Assembly (NCBI RefSeq): GCF_033153115.1
Contig: NW_026889758.1
Location: 50,530,001-50,594,000, forward strand
Source of the DNA: Saccostrea echinata
Taxonomy: Eukaryota
Reading direction: 5' to 3'
Length of the DNA: 64,000 nt
Shown here: positions 39,379 through 51,762 of the stretch, in pieces
How the letters are laid out: each line of letters begins with the position of its first letter
Numbering within the stretch: the stretch's first letter is position 1
Notes under the pieces: generated by a model
Databases searched by the model: none
Seen by the model: only the letters and a program-made list of their open reading frames with translations
What the model was told of the DNA's origin: nothing
Program-made: the position numbers and the translations under genes

Positions 39379-42300
39379 CTACTCGCGTCTCTTTTTACTT
39401 TTACTTCCTTCATAGTCCCTACTCGACCGTGAATCATCAGCATTCCTTTTATCTCCCCTCTTGGCCTGCTCCAAGAACTGACCGAGACCGAAGGGATCTT
39501 CTTCATCTTGTTCAAACTGGACTGGCCCCTCCCTTCTAGCATTCCTGTCTGTTCCTGCAAATCCTCTGTCAGGTACAAACCTAGGGCGAATTACAAAAGA
39601 TACTTAATACCATGATAAAAACATCATTGGAATCAATGAGAAGGCCTTAAAAATTAATTGTATCACATGAATTTCAGTTAAAATGGTTAAACCTTCACCA
39701 GCATTGGATAAGAAAAAAAATTAATTATAATGCATTTTTCAGACTGATCTGATTGATATTGAAATGGAATATGCCCTAGCCTGACATCTCTAATTTAGGA
39801 TCAATCTAAAAAGTCTGCAAGTCATTCAAAACATTACCCCCTATTTTTCTAGGCACCTAAATCATAACAGGTCTTCCTTGGAAAATGTCACGCTTACCTG
39901 TTAGACTTCATAAGAGTGTCCAAATCATCACCATACATCTCCTTGTCTACATTCTTGGAGGGTCGATAGATGCTGTTAGCAATCTGTGAGTGATCTTTTC
40001 TCCAGGGTTGGTCATAAACATTGTATGCTTCCTCATCCCCATAACCACTATCCATACCCTTCAAAAATAAAGCACATCAATGAAACATTCAAATCATAAG
40101 CATAAAAGTCCACTGATCACCTTTACTGCAAATCATGTGAGGTTTGGAATCAGCATTTTTGATCTTTCAGAAGTCAATAGCCTCTGCTATCTCTACCTTG
40201 GACTGATTAAACAGACGCTGATCAAACTGGACATCACCACTGCCGCCCGCTCGGGAGTCTGGTATGTTCAGGGCAATCTTCTCACTGATGTCCCTCTCTC
40301 TTTCCCTTTGTATGCGAGATCTTCGGTCTGGGGCAGCCCTGGCCAAGTTTCTGTCTCGTTGTCTCTCCTTTTGTCTTTCTCTCCTGATTTCATCTCTCTC
40401 TGCAACTTCTTCATCTGATACATACAGGAAAAGCAATCAATAAAGTTAACTTTTGTTTTCTGTTTACATGTATATTGAACATTATTTTCTACTAAATCAA
40501 TCACAAATACTTGAACATGCATATGTAAAATTGTCTTTCATTCTTGTTTAAGAAAATTCTCACAAATACTTCCAGTACACTCATAAAAAAATACAGAGAT
40601 CAAAACAGATGCATGACATTGATATGTTATATACACAATGGTAGAAAAGAAAAAGAAGGTAATTTTCAGGATGTTTCAAGACATTAACTCAGTATTAAAA
40701 ATGAGCAAAGGAAAAAAAGGATAAAACTGATGTTAGTTTTTACCATCATGTTGTTTGATTCCTGCCCTTTCATCCCTAGCTTTCTGAGCCAGCTGTCTCA
40801 GAGTTGCCTCCTTCTTTTCCTTTTCTCTCTGTGCAATCTTCCTGTCAATCTGTGCTCTCATTTCAACTGCTTCTCTTGCCTGAAATCAGAGAAATCAATC
40901 AATTTTAAAAGGTTTATTTTCTATCTTAAAAAATTGTCAAATTTGTACTCACTTTTCTGCTAAACTTACACAGTAAAACATATTAATGTGTGTATCTAAA
41001 TGCAGCAATCTTGGCATAAACTACTTTGTGCTTTCCCAGAGGTAAATATATTATTAACAAAATTAATTTTAAGTCCTCACCTTTCTGTCTGCTATGTACA
41101 AAGCCTCTGCAAGTTTGGCAAAGTTTTCATTGATGTGGACACCTTGTAGACCCCTCCCATCTGCTGCTAGTCTCTTGTCAAGAGGAATTGTGTAACCCTA
41201 GAATTGAAAAATTTTAAAAACTGAATTACACTAAAAAAAACCCAAAAAATTAATGTTTTCCTTTTTACTATTAAGCAACTAGATTCAAAAGATAATTTTA
41301 AGATCTTTTATAAGTAAAATACCATGGTTAATGTCAATGAATTAAATGTAAAAACAAGTTATACATTGTACATTAATTTAAAACTACTTCTTTCTTTGTT
41401 ATTTCTAATTTCTTTAATTCACCAGAGTTTAGTTCAAACTGCTTGGTGAAATTTGAACCAAGATGGATTCAATAAGTCTCACCAAATCACAATTAATGTT
41501 ACCTTTGCATTTTTCCAGTTGGAGATACAGGGAGGAATCTTCCATTCTTGCTGCTCTTTTACTGTAACCTTAAAAAAAGAAACATGGGTTATACATGTAC
41601 TTTTCTTGCGGCAAAAACTGTAGTATTCAATTGGTTAAATTAGGCATTCTTCATTGAAATGAGGCAATAACAAGAGAATGTCAGACCTTTCTGTTGGGTG
41701 AGTGCATTACAGGTGCTGGAGGTGAGGGGGGTCCTCTGGGAATCTTCTTGTTAACCCTGAAGACAAAATCATCAAGATGATAAATATCATTTAATGCAAT
41801 CCAAGAGGGATTAATGAGATTATATTCAATGTTTTAACCCCCCCCCCCCCCCCGAAAAAAAAAATATTATTTCAAATTTTAACATTTATAAATTGTAATT
41901 TAAAGAATATTTCATTTGGGGTGGGGTAGATGTGTGTGTAAAAATTCATTGATTTGGGTGAGTAGAACAACACTTACTTAAACTTAGGAGGTTCCATGGG
42001 GTCTTTCTGTGCCTCCACCATTCTAATAATTCTCTGTTTTGCACCTGAATTGAATGCCACTCCTTCTTGCGATGGAGTGTACCTAGAAAGAAAAAAAAGT
42101 AATTCAGATTAAATATCTGTAACATTTTCAACTTTTAAGAAATCTAAATTTTGCAGATTCGCTACTAAAGAATCCAAATAATTACAAATGATATTAACAA
42201 GGTCTTATGTGATACTAAGGAGCAGGCAATTAATTCAGCCAATGGTTGACTTCAGTACAACATCGGAATTATGAGGAATTAGTCGAAATATCCAAGTGAA

Positions 42301-45300
42301 TGACATGATCTCAAAAAATTCCAATTTTTTCCTCCTAAATGTCAATCCCTACCTGATATACTGTGCAGGGGCCTGTTTTTCTGCTGCTCGGACCGGCAGG
42401 GCAGCTGAGATTTTTGTGGACACCAGTTTCTCCAGGGCTTGCCTTGTTTTCTCTGTAGTGTCCATCACAGCTTCCTCATCAGGCAGCTGCATATCTGGAT
42501 CATCTTCATCTATTTGTTTTGGTACTAGGTCTTGAAATTTGGAGTGAACAACCTGTACAAGAAAACCACCCCCCAAAATTAATATTTTTTCCTACATGGA
42601 AAGCTTTTTCAAACAACAGCTTATAAATTCAGTGATAAATATGTTTTGAAGAACAATTTCAATTAATCTTTATAGTGTCTTGATTTTTTTTTTAAATAAA
42701 GTTGCTAATAAATGTGTTTCTACTGAAGAAAATCACAAATTTGTATATAGACTATTGCATTTTACAAACATTTGAATTAGACACAACATTCCATTACTGA
42801 ACAGTTGATGTAGTTCGCTATGTCAAAGACTGAAGAACAATGACAGCCCCTTAGAACTTCTTTGATTTGGATTTTTACTTGTCTGACACCAATTTCACGA
42901 GCCTTGGTCTTCTGACCACTGAAGTTTGGTGAAAACTGCTTAGATTTCTATAAAAAGTTTCATTTACCTTGTCCTTCCCATGGCCATATCTGGCAATAGC
43001 ATCATACTTGATTTTCCCACTGCTGTCTAGCTGCACTGCCAATGCATTTGATGTGGACTTCTTCTGTCCCATTCCCAGTGGAAACTGTGCCACTGGGACC
43101 TCTGGAAATGCTCCCCCATCTCCAAAATCCTATCGAAAATGAAAGATACATAACCTCATTTTCAGAATACAGGTGAAAATTTAGTACATTTACTTTTCAA
43201 ATTAGAACCAAAGCTGCAGAATTGAAATAGTCATGACAATGCATTTAGGTTACATGTATAATCAAAGTAAGAATTTGCATACAAATAAATTCAGCTTATG
43301 AATGTACCCAAACTTGAAAGGACCATAACAATTAGTCCATTTCTTACTTAATACTAATAATAATACATTATATCTGATAATAATTCCTATAATTTGAACT
43401 TTTTTGGAAGAAAAGAAATAACCTACATGTATTTCATTACAGACATACATAGTAGAAAAACACCTCTTTTGAATAATACTAGATGTGTCAGTGTGACACG
43501 AATGCCCGGCTGTCCATCAAATTTAAATATGTGAAAGTCCAAGAGTGTGAAAATAACAATGGGTGAAAAGGCACAAAAAATAAAATATCATGTTGCTGCA
43601 TTTATTTTATGGAGTCAATTATCTATACAACAACATACTTATGCTACATAAAACAGTCATCACTGGCAAGCAAATCAATAAAAAAGACCAAAAACAGTGA
43701 ATGATTCAGCAGCCAAAAAAGTCCTGAAAACAGTGAATTATTAGAAATTTACAAAGTCTAAGGGCCATAACTTTTGTAAAAATGGGTCAATCATCAAGAA
43801 ACTCAAACCTAATCTGCAAGTCATCACTATCAAGAGACATAACAAAATCATCTCATCATCTACCAGCATAGTTAAAAAAAGTAGGGAAAACAGTGAATTG
43901 TTAAAAATTTTGAAAGATTTGGGGCCACAACTTTCATAAAAATTAGCCAATCAACATGAAACTTAAACGTGAACTGTATTAAAGTCATCAATATTAAGAG
44001 ACATACCAAAAATCAGCTCATTATCTACAAGAATGGCCAAAACAAAAAGTCTGAAAACTCAATATGACAGAATAATGGAATGACAGATGGAATGGGATAA
44101 CATAATATGCTCAAGCCATTTCATGAAGGGGTCATAAAAAATAAGATCAACAGGGAAAAAAAAACATTTGTACATGAAAATATGAATAAATATTATATTA
44201 GGTATATGACAATGATAAATGCCACACCTCCTGTGTTCGTGGAATCCATCCTTTTCTGTGACCATATGGTGGGGCAGTTCTTCTGCTCATTACAGGCATC
44301 AGCTGATTAAAAAAAAATCAGTAAACAGAATGTGAATTAAAGTTGCAAATGGGCAAATATAACTAATATACAGATAAGCTACAAATTTCTTATTTATAAA
44401 AAAAAAAAGGTCAGTTAAAAAAACCCTAAATTCAGACTTTCTTGGGCCTTATCTTGAAGGAGTGGTTATCCCTATTGCCCTGATAAAATGATATGATAAA
44501 AATTATACCTGTGTTTGAGCCCTCTGTTGACGTTCATCATCTTCTCTATCAAAGACATGCTGGCTAGGAGCCGGCAAAATGCTGCAATAATAAAAATCAG
44601 ACATGAATGGGTTGAGAATCATTGCTCAAATAGAACATTATATCCCAAAATGATTTCAAATGAATAAGATTATAAACTATGGCTTATTTTTGAATACTGG
44701 TATACCTGCCAAGGACAGAGAGCAAAGCTTTCAAAAAGATTAGAAACAGCTTTTTTTCCCCTTATATAACTGGTACCGGTAAAAGGTACCCTTCCCAAAT
44801 GCCAAAAAAAAAAAAAAAAAAATGTTAATTCTTCCCAATTTTGAGTCTAAAAATTCCCAATTCAACTGCTGAGGAACATTATGATGACATCATAATTCTT
44901 TTCATATGAAATGTTCTATGAGTTAACTAAATGTTTAAGTTCCTCTTAAATCAAAAGTAGAGATCCCTGATAATATGACGGGAAGTATTTTGTTGACAGC
45001 ATAGTTATGCTAGTGTCTTACATTTTTGACAGCTTGAAAGCATGACAACCTGAGAACAAGGGACATTAATATGTAAAACAATGAATACTTGTTGATTTTT
45101 GAAAGCGCGAATTAAAAGGTTACGAGTTTAGAATAAACGCAAAATAAATTTCATTTGTTGTCATGATAGAAAATTTCTGTTTGTTCTATTTCGATATTTT
45201 TCCCAATTGAATTGGTACCGGACCCATTCCCAACGGGTGGGAAAAAAATTGCTGTAGAAACAGGTGGTACTTTTACAAAAATAGGAGGTACCTTGTGGAA

Positions 45301-47659
45301 GCAACTTCAATTAAATAATTGAATTTTTCTCAGTTGAATATTTTGGCCCATACAATCATGATTTTAAAAGGGTAGAAGCACTGGTTTTGAAAGGCCTGAG
45401 TGAGGAATATCTTCAAAATATCAAAGTTTTGATTTAAACATATTTTTCTCCCATACTTAAGGAGTTATAATTGAAATATGTAGATAATAAAATTTTTTCA
45501 TGGCATTCAATTCAAAATCATGTGAAAAGTAATCTGTATATACTTCTTTTCAATTTCATACCTTTTCTTTTGCATATTAAAGATAAAAATTTTATGACTT
45601 GTTCCATAGAAAATACCATTAAACATTTAAGTTTCATCATTTCCAAATCAGTTTTAGCCAGATTGGATACTGTACAAGTACTTGAAACAAAGTAACATGT
45701 ATGACACGATTTTTCTATGAAATACAATGTAAATTTTGGCTGCTGCTGTCTAGGGCAAGAGGGAGTTGTTATTTACCCAGTGTGATGCATAATTTGATTC
45801 TGAGCATGTGCATCATTACGTTATTGACAACAAGAAACAAGCATTCTGAGAGTATTGCATTAGCAATACTAGTCCCCTACCGGCAAGTGTAATCTGGTTC
45901 CTGCAAAAAATTGGAAATGCTATAATTCCATCAAAAATCAATGAAGCGGTTGATCTATAACTCATCAAGGTAAAGTCACATACCAAAAATCAGCTCAATA
46001 TCTGCAAGCGTTTAGAAAAAAATTGCGGAAAACCCTGAAAAATTGAAAAGGTCGTAATTCCTCTAAAAATCATTGAAGCGGAACGAAATGCAAACTTGAT
46101 CTGTAACTCTTCAAGATACACTCACATACCAAAAATCAGCTCAATATCTGCAAGTGTTTAGGAAAAAAGTGCAGAAAACCAAATGGGACAGACTGACAGA
46201 CAGACAGAGGGACAGCTAGACAGATGGACGGACAGACTCAGAGGAAACCTTTAGTCCCCTGCAGTTTCACTAGGGGACTAACAAGAACAATGATGAATCC
46301 CTTTCTGAATTAGCAGCCATTTTTGAAATATATAATCCCTATGGACTTTGAATTTGCTGTTATCATTGCCCATTGAAAGCCCTGTCAATATACTAGATGA
46401 ACTCGAGGGTTCCCATCAAAGCAGAGTTGGAAAAACTGATATACTGATCAAACTAGTTTGAATGCTAAGGTATTTATGTATTTTGATATATAATGCAAAA
46501 AGTGATTCCTTGAAAGGTACCATGGGGGAGACTATATTCTCTAATGAGAAGTTGATGGCTCGTTTTAATACTCCCCCTAAACTTCTCTACGAAAGACCTA
46601 ATAAAAGCAGTTCAGAAACTGACTATAAATGAAGAACCAAACCGGACCCCACTTTGATTGATGTTTTAGGTCTGATGGGATATCACAGACCTAGTCTGAA
46701 TGCACAGATGTTATTCTGCCATAGAAATGCGAATAAATATCAATTCTGCTGACTTAAAACATGTTTTTAATGAAAGAACTTTTACTTGCAATATCTGTAT
46801 TGCCGGATTTGTTTATTCACTGAAAACTGCGTTTGAACCCAGGTTGACCTCTAAAAAAGTCTAAAACTATTCCTCCGGACAACTATATTGCACTTGAACA
46901 TTTAATCCAATTTATCTGGAGAAAAAGTTTTAGACTTTTTTTAGAGGTCAACAGGGTTCAAACGCAGTTTTGAATGAAGAAACGAATCCGGCGACACAGA
47001 TATCGCAAGGAAGTGTTCTACTGTGATAAATGTTTTTAAGTCAGCAGAATGGGTATTTTTAATCGCATTTCCATTGCAACACAACATCTGTGCATCCAAA
47101 ATATGTCTATGATAATGCATCAATCCTAAAACATCAATCGAAGTGGGACCCGGTTTGGTTCTTCATTTAGTCTATTTCTGAACTGCTTTTATTAGCCTAG
47201 GCCTTTCGTGAGAAGAAGTTGAGGGGGAGTATTAAAACGAGCCATCAACTTCTCAATGGAGAATAGGGGAGACTATAACTTAAAAATAATGTCCTGATAC
47301 ACCTTTTTGACCAGTCTGTTGACCACGCTATTGTTACAGTATTAAGTATCATTAACGGAAGTCAGTTTTCAAATTTGAGAAACATTTAGCCACAGTGAGA
47401 CACCTTTCAATTTTTAAAAATAAATCTTTATCTTCAAGTTCAATGCAATTATTGATATCACTACACCATGTTAAACTGCTGCGGCCTGAATAGTGTAGTA
47501 CAGTGTCTTATATGTTTATAATACACCCAGTGAAATATCTTAAAAGATGGCTGTAAATCATATAAAAATTATTCTCTTTTTGATTTGACTCATCTCTGCT
47601 ATTTAAAAGAATTTTAAAGATTTTTTGTTTTCAACTCACTCTGATAGTTTCATCGCCAT
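39379..47659 (-). CDS. SNW1: SNW domain-containing protein 1 (SKIP/Prp45), 13 exons, ~534 aa
   Basis: Exons 47659-47640, 44581-44509, 44302-44228, 43129-42968, 42552-42353, 42082-41978, 41756-41687, 41568-41503, 41197-41081, 40879-40744, 40414-40197, 40058-39898 and 39580-39379 join in frame: ILPAP, APPYGHRKGWIPR, DFGDGGAFPE, AQYIRYTPSQ, KIPRGPPSPPAPVMHSP, WKIPPCISNWKNAKGYT, ERDISEKIAL, FDQRLFNQSKG, GPVQFE, DPFGL. Confidence 0.97.
43477..44141 (-). mobile_element. HINE/Helentron-type element (reverse orientation) with diverged internal repeats
   Basis: ACTAGA-TGTGTCAGTGTGACAC hairpin at one end; ~180-bp diverged repeats (GGGCCATAACTTT...AAACTCAAACC...AAGTCATC); GACA/GATG remnants and GGGGTCATAAAAA at the other end. 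Confidence 0.65.
44725..45398. mobile_element. Short MITE (GCTTTCAAAA...TTTTGAAAGGCCTG) interrupted by a younger MITE
   Basis: Removing 44747..45254 restores a sequence co-linear with the intact copy at 61905..62082. Confidence 0.75.
44747..45254. mobile_element. MITE with 6-bp TSD (hAT6-like)
   Basis: TAGAAA|CAGCTTTTTTTCCC ... GGGAAAAAAATTGCTG|TAGAAA; repeated TTCCCAA and GGTACCGG sub-terminal motifs. Confidence 0.85.
45837..46283 (-). mobile_element. HINE/Helentron-type element (reverse orientation)
   Basis: AACAAG...GTATTGCATTAGCAATAC hairpin + TAGTCCCCT; two ~146-bp units (CATACCAAAAATCAGCTCAATATCTGCAAG); (GACA/GGAC)n; TAGTCCCCT...AGGGGACTA end. Confidence 0.8.
46535..47265. mobile_element. 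Foldback (near-fully palindromic) transposon with 10-bp TSD, Mutator-like
   Basis: ~345-bp arms (TATTCTCTAATGAGAAGTTGATGGCTCGTTTTAATACTCCCCCT... / ...AGGGGGAGTATTAAAACGAGCCATCAACTTCTCAATGGAGAATA) around a ~35-bp loop near 46880-46915; GGGGAGACTA on both flanks. Confidence 0.88.
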
Positions 47660-47947
47660 CTTGTCTGACGTCTGAATGTAACCTAAGTATTAAAACTTAA
47701 AACATAGAGAATAATTAATCCCGGATATTATTGAGTAAATAAAAAAAAAAGAAGTTATGGTTATTATACAAAAGATTACAGAACTAAAAAGTAATTTCTT
47801 GTGGTTAATTAAATATAATGAATATATTGATAAATTTACATCAAAGATAATAAAGCAGTGTTCTATTACGAATTAGTCATTGATTAAACTGTCTATAACC
47901 CTTAAAACACCCCAATGACAAGTTACACAACTGTCAGGTGGGTAAGT
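47660..47947. promoter_or_regulatory. Putative bidirectional promoter SNW1 / ADCK1, with non-coding ADCK1 first exon
   Basis: SNW1 ATG at 47659 (-). A + strand donor cluster CAG|GTGG|GTAAGT lies at 47937-47947, and an acceptor (TTGACAG, 51757) just before the ADCK1 ATG requires an upstream UTR exon. Confidence 0.5.
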
Positions 47948-48247
47948 ACCTGAATTTCTTTGCATTTATTGTATCTCCTACTCTTATCCATTTGCAATGG
48001 TACCTGTTCACTATATATTTGTATGCTTACTCAAACTATAAGTGATGAACATTTTCTTTTGAAAAGTTAAAGAAATTTACATTTTAAAAAGAGTAAATTC
48101 GGATCAAAATGTCAAATGGTAGACAAGATATTGGCAACCAATTAGATCACTGCTCTACAGTACGGTTTCTTTCAAGTGCCTTGACAAACAAAACCTTCAT
48201 CTGAAGAGTAAATAACCAGGGTTAATGTGGGTGAAAAGGGTGGGGGA

Positions 48248-48532
48248 AGGGGACGACCTTTTGATTCTGAAAGGGGGGGTGTTACTTTTTTTTCATGCCA
48301 GTCAGGGACATATTATTATTTTCAAGATTATCAAGGACAGATTATTTATTTTCTTATTCACTGAAAAAAGTTTCACAAGCCAAAAAAAAGGAAAAGGAAA
48401 ACCCTAAAATTCTAGGGGGAGAGGGGGGGGGGGGGGTTGGTAAGCAGCACTAGTCAAGGACAGATTATTTATTTCCAAAATCTGACAGCCCCCCCCCCCC
48501 CCAACTCCCTTCAGAATCAAATGGTCGGTCCT
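48248..48532. mobile_element. MITE with TIRs AGGGGACGACCTTTTGATTCTGAA / TTCAGAATCAAATGGTCGGTCCT (Kolobok-like)
   Basis: Inverted termini followed by G/C runs; a second copy lies at 4955..5110. Confidence 0.7.
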
Positions 48533-48660
48533 TGTTTTAAAGATTTCATAGCTTCAAAGTCCATATTATAACACCCATTAACGACAATGGACCTAATTAA
48601 TTTCTGCAATAGATTTTTCATTCAAATTTTAATATGAGGTAAAGTGATTACTATAGGAAG

Positions 48661-49742
48661 TAGGGATGTCAAATCGGTCAATATTTGATAATCGGTTACT
48701 AGGACGATTTTCCGATCGAGTACCCGGGTACTCGGAAAAAGTGTTTATACATGTAAAAGTTTGAGACCTGTTTACCACGTCGATGTTTTCTTTCGTTTAT
48801 AACATGCTATAATGCATGTACAATTTGTACATAAACATCGAGCCCAACAAAAACGATTTTTTTTGGTACTTAATTTATTTATCAAACAAACACAAAAGAC
48901 ATGATCAAATAATACACCAATAATTACAAATGCGTTACAGTTCTTATTTATGAAGACTATTTGGTCAATGGAAGAGAAGGACGCAACTTTGTAATGATTA
49001 GACTAGCGAGAGAGAATATCTTTGGGAACAGTGGGAATGAACTCTGTATAGTGATCCCGAGTCGTATATATTATTTACGTTTGCAAATGCTTTCTTTGTG
49101 ATAACTCTGAAAGTTAAGCATGTTAATTTCTCGATACTTACAACTCCACCTGTTATGCATAAATTATTCCACGTTTCCAACTGCCGTTGATGCCCAGGTA
49201 TGCACAGCAAACTAAAAAGTGATTCCTTTAATATATTGTTGTTTCCACCCTATGCGCTTTTAAAATTTTTTAATCTTCGATTATTTATAAATATTTATTC
49301 ACTTTGAACAGTCTGGTGAATCGGTAGCGGTATTTCTATGTATGTCCGATTTCGTTTCCATATGCTAATTGAATAATCATAGAATAATTAATAGATCATA
49401 ATTAAACGATGTTCATTGAAAACAAATAATGAAAGCCATCTCAAAAATTAGGGTCACAAGAGGTGAGAACGGCTGTGTACAGTGTCCAGTGATTAATTAC
49501 TGTATATACACGAACACAGCCACAGGCGATAACGGGTATTAACTGGTGTAGGTGACGGTAATTACTGTATAGACATGGACAATGCATATTTAAATCACAT
49601 TTTTTGGTAAGTTTTTAATAAATATATGCACTTTGAAATATGAAAAAAATATACATCCGAGTAACCGAGTACCGATTTTAGTATTTGATACTCGGACGTT
49701 CGAGCGAGTACCCGGTTAACCGGGTACTCGTTGACAACCCTA
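48661..49742. mobile_element. Non-autonomous hAT transposon, 1.08 kb, 8-bp TSD
   Basis: ATAGGAAG|TAGGGATGTCAA ... TTGACAACCCTA|ATAGGAAG; sub-terminal palindromes CGAGTACCCGGGTACTCG and CGAGTACCCGGTTAACCGGGTACTCG. Confidence 0.93.
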
Positions 49743-50387
49743 ATAGGAAGTAATGGGAAATTGCCAGTGTAGGGTATAAGAGTGATCATTGAAAAAATTC
49801 TGCAATTGAATTTTTATTCATATTAAAGGACAATGTTAACAAGAAAATTTACCAGCAAATTATGCCAAAAAACAAATGGGTCATTGGCTTAGATTTTTCA
49901 GGGGGGCATGTCAAACTCAGGTGTAGGGCACATTTTTGGGGAAATTTTCAATGAAAATACATTGGCCAAATAAACTATTTATTTATAAAATTAACAAATG
50001 AATATAAATCAAAATATTTACAATATTTTTGAATTGAGAGGGAGCGTTTGAATATCTTTAAAAGAATTAAAAATGTATATTTTTTATCTTTTCCAATACA
50101 TAATTAAGTCAATTTGATTCAAGGCATATGCACGGTTTTCTGTGCAGTGGCATGAAATTTCGAATTAGGTCCGTCGTCCTTAAGTTGGCACATATGGCAA
50201 AGACTGAGATTGAAATGTTTCCATTTATTTGGTTGAAGTCCTAAATTTTGTTGTTTTTTCCACTCTTTGGCATTTGCAGTCAAATGCAAAATCTACACAA
50301 AGAAACATAAGGAATTTTTTAGAAGAAAAGTAATTCTTGTCAATTGAATTAGATATAAGGCCTAACTAAGATAACAGATTATGAATA

Positions 50388-50705
50388 GATGACTTTCACA
50401 TTTACAAAAGTTATTTCCCATTGCAGAGTCAATCTGGGGTCAATCGGTGTAACCTACTGTTTTCCTTCTATAAAATTACTAACTGTATGGGGCAGTGTCT
50501 TACAAATTAAATCTGTACATATATATATTTATTCAATATGTTTTCTTTTATGCCCCATACTTTGATAATACAGGAATGGTACAAAATAGCTAGTCTGAAA
50601 GTGTTTGAAGGTTTGAAATATTTATAGGTAAGTTACAAAGGATATAGTGAGAAAAAAAGAGTGTTACAATGACAGAGATAACTCTAAAGAATGTGAAAGT
50701 TGTCT
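50388..50705 (+). repeat. Dispersed repeat, second copy at 56084..56400
   Basis: ACTTTCA(C/A)ATTTACAAAAGTTATTTCCC...GGGGTCAA(T/C)CG...ATGGGGCA.TGTCTTACAAAT...GGATATAGT..GAAA...GAGATAACTC...GTGAAAGT; the ends are loosely inverted, suggesting a MITE. Confidence 0.75.
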
Positions 50706-51332
50706 TTGAACTCTTTAAAATTATATTGTCTTAGTTACAAATATTTCATATTCCATTGTTAAAAAAAAGTTAAAGATCTGTACTCTTTTATCCACCATGT
50801 TTGGGATATTTTCCACTAGATCTTGAAGAAATACTCTGAAAAGAAAAGTCCACTGGCAGATAAATTACAGATATCTATATAAATAAATTTGAAATTTGAT
50901 ATTTACATGTTCAACAATATTTCATTTTTCAAAATCAATTGTATTGGTCAACAAGAAAAACCCATAAACATGATAAATACTTCTGTAGTAAATGTTGAAT
51001 ATTGTTTAAATGTTTTTGTCATCCTTCAGAAGTTTTGGCCTTATCATGTCACATAAATGTTGTCTTTGCTACCATCTCCTGTAGACATTAATGTTAAGCA
51101 TTTCTGTATTTGATTGTGAATTGGTCATGTTGGAAATACTGAGTTTAAATGTCACAGTAAACTGTTGAATTGAAGACATTATTCCCTGAAAAATGACATT
51201 TTCACAAATGCTTTCTTAGACTGAACAAACAAAAACAAAACTAAAAACAACATGCACATTGGAATGAGAATGTAAACAATGCAAAATTGAAATTAGAGTT
51301 CATGTGCAAGCCTTTCTATAATAAACAAAAGA

Positions 51333-51512
51333 CAGTTGAACTTCGGTATCTCGAACATGGATATCTTGAATACCATGGATATGTCATTATGAAGTTATTT
51401 TGAAGTTCCAACTACTTATTCCTTAAGTATTTTTCCCAGGATATCTTGAATTCTTTGTTATCTCAAAGTATTTTCTGGGTCCCTTTGAGTTCAAGAGAAC
51501 GAGGTTTGACTG
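51333..51512. mobile_element. pogo/Tigger-like (Tc1/mariner) MITE
   Basis: CAGTTGAACTTCGGTATCTCGAAC ... GTTCAAGAGAACGAGGTTTGACTG|TA; internal ATATCT(T/C)GAA repeats. Confidence 0.75.
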
Positions 51513-51762
51513 TATAGTTCAATGAATAATATCTGATCCCTCATGAAGAAGTGGTGCAAAGCATATCAACTTTCAGTATCCCACCAAGGAGTCCTGTGGT
51601 AGATGCTACTTAGTGAATGAATCATTAAGAGACTTTTTTTATTGGAGTACTGTATAACAGTTTTACAGAATATTGATTATGGAAGAGTTCATTCTTTTAA
51701 ATGCTTTGCTGCATGCCATTCTGATTTATGAGTGATCTATAATGTTCTCGTTGACAGAAAAT

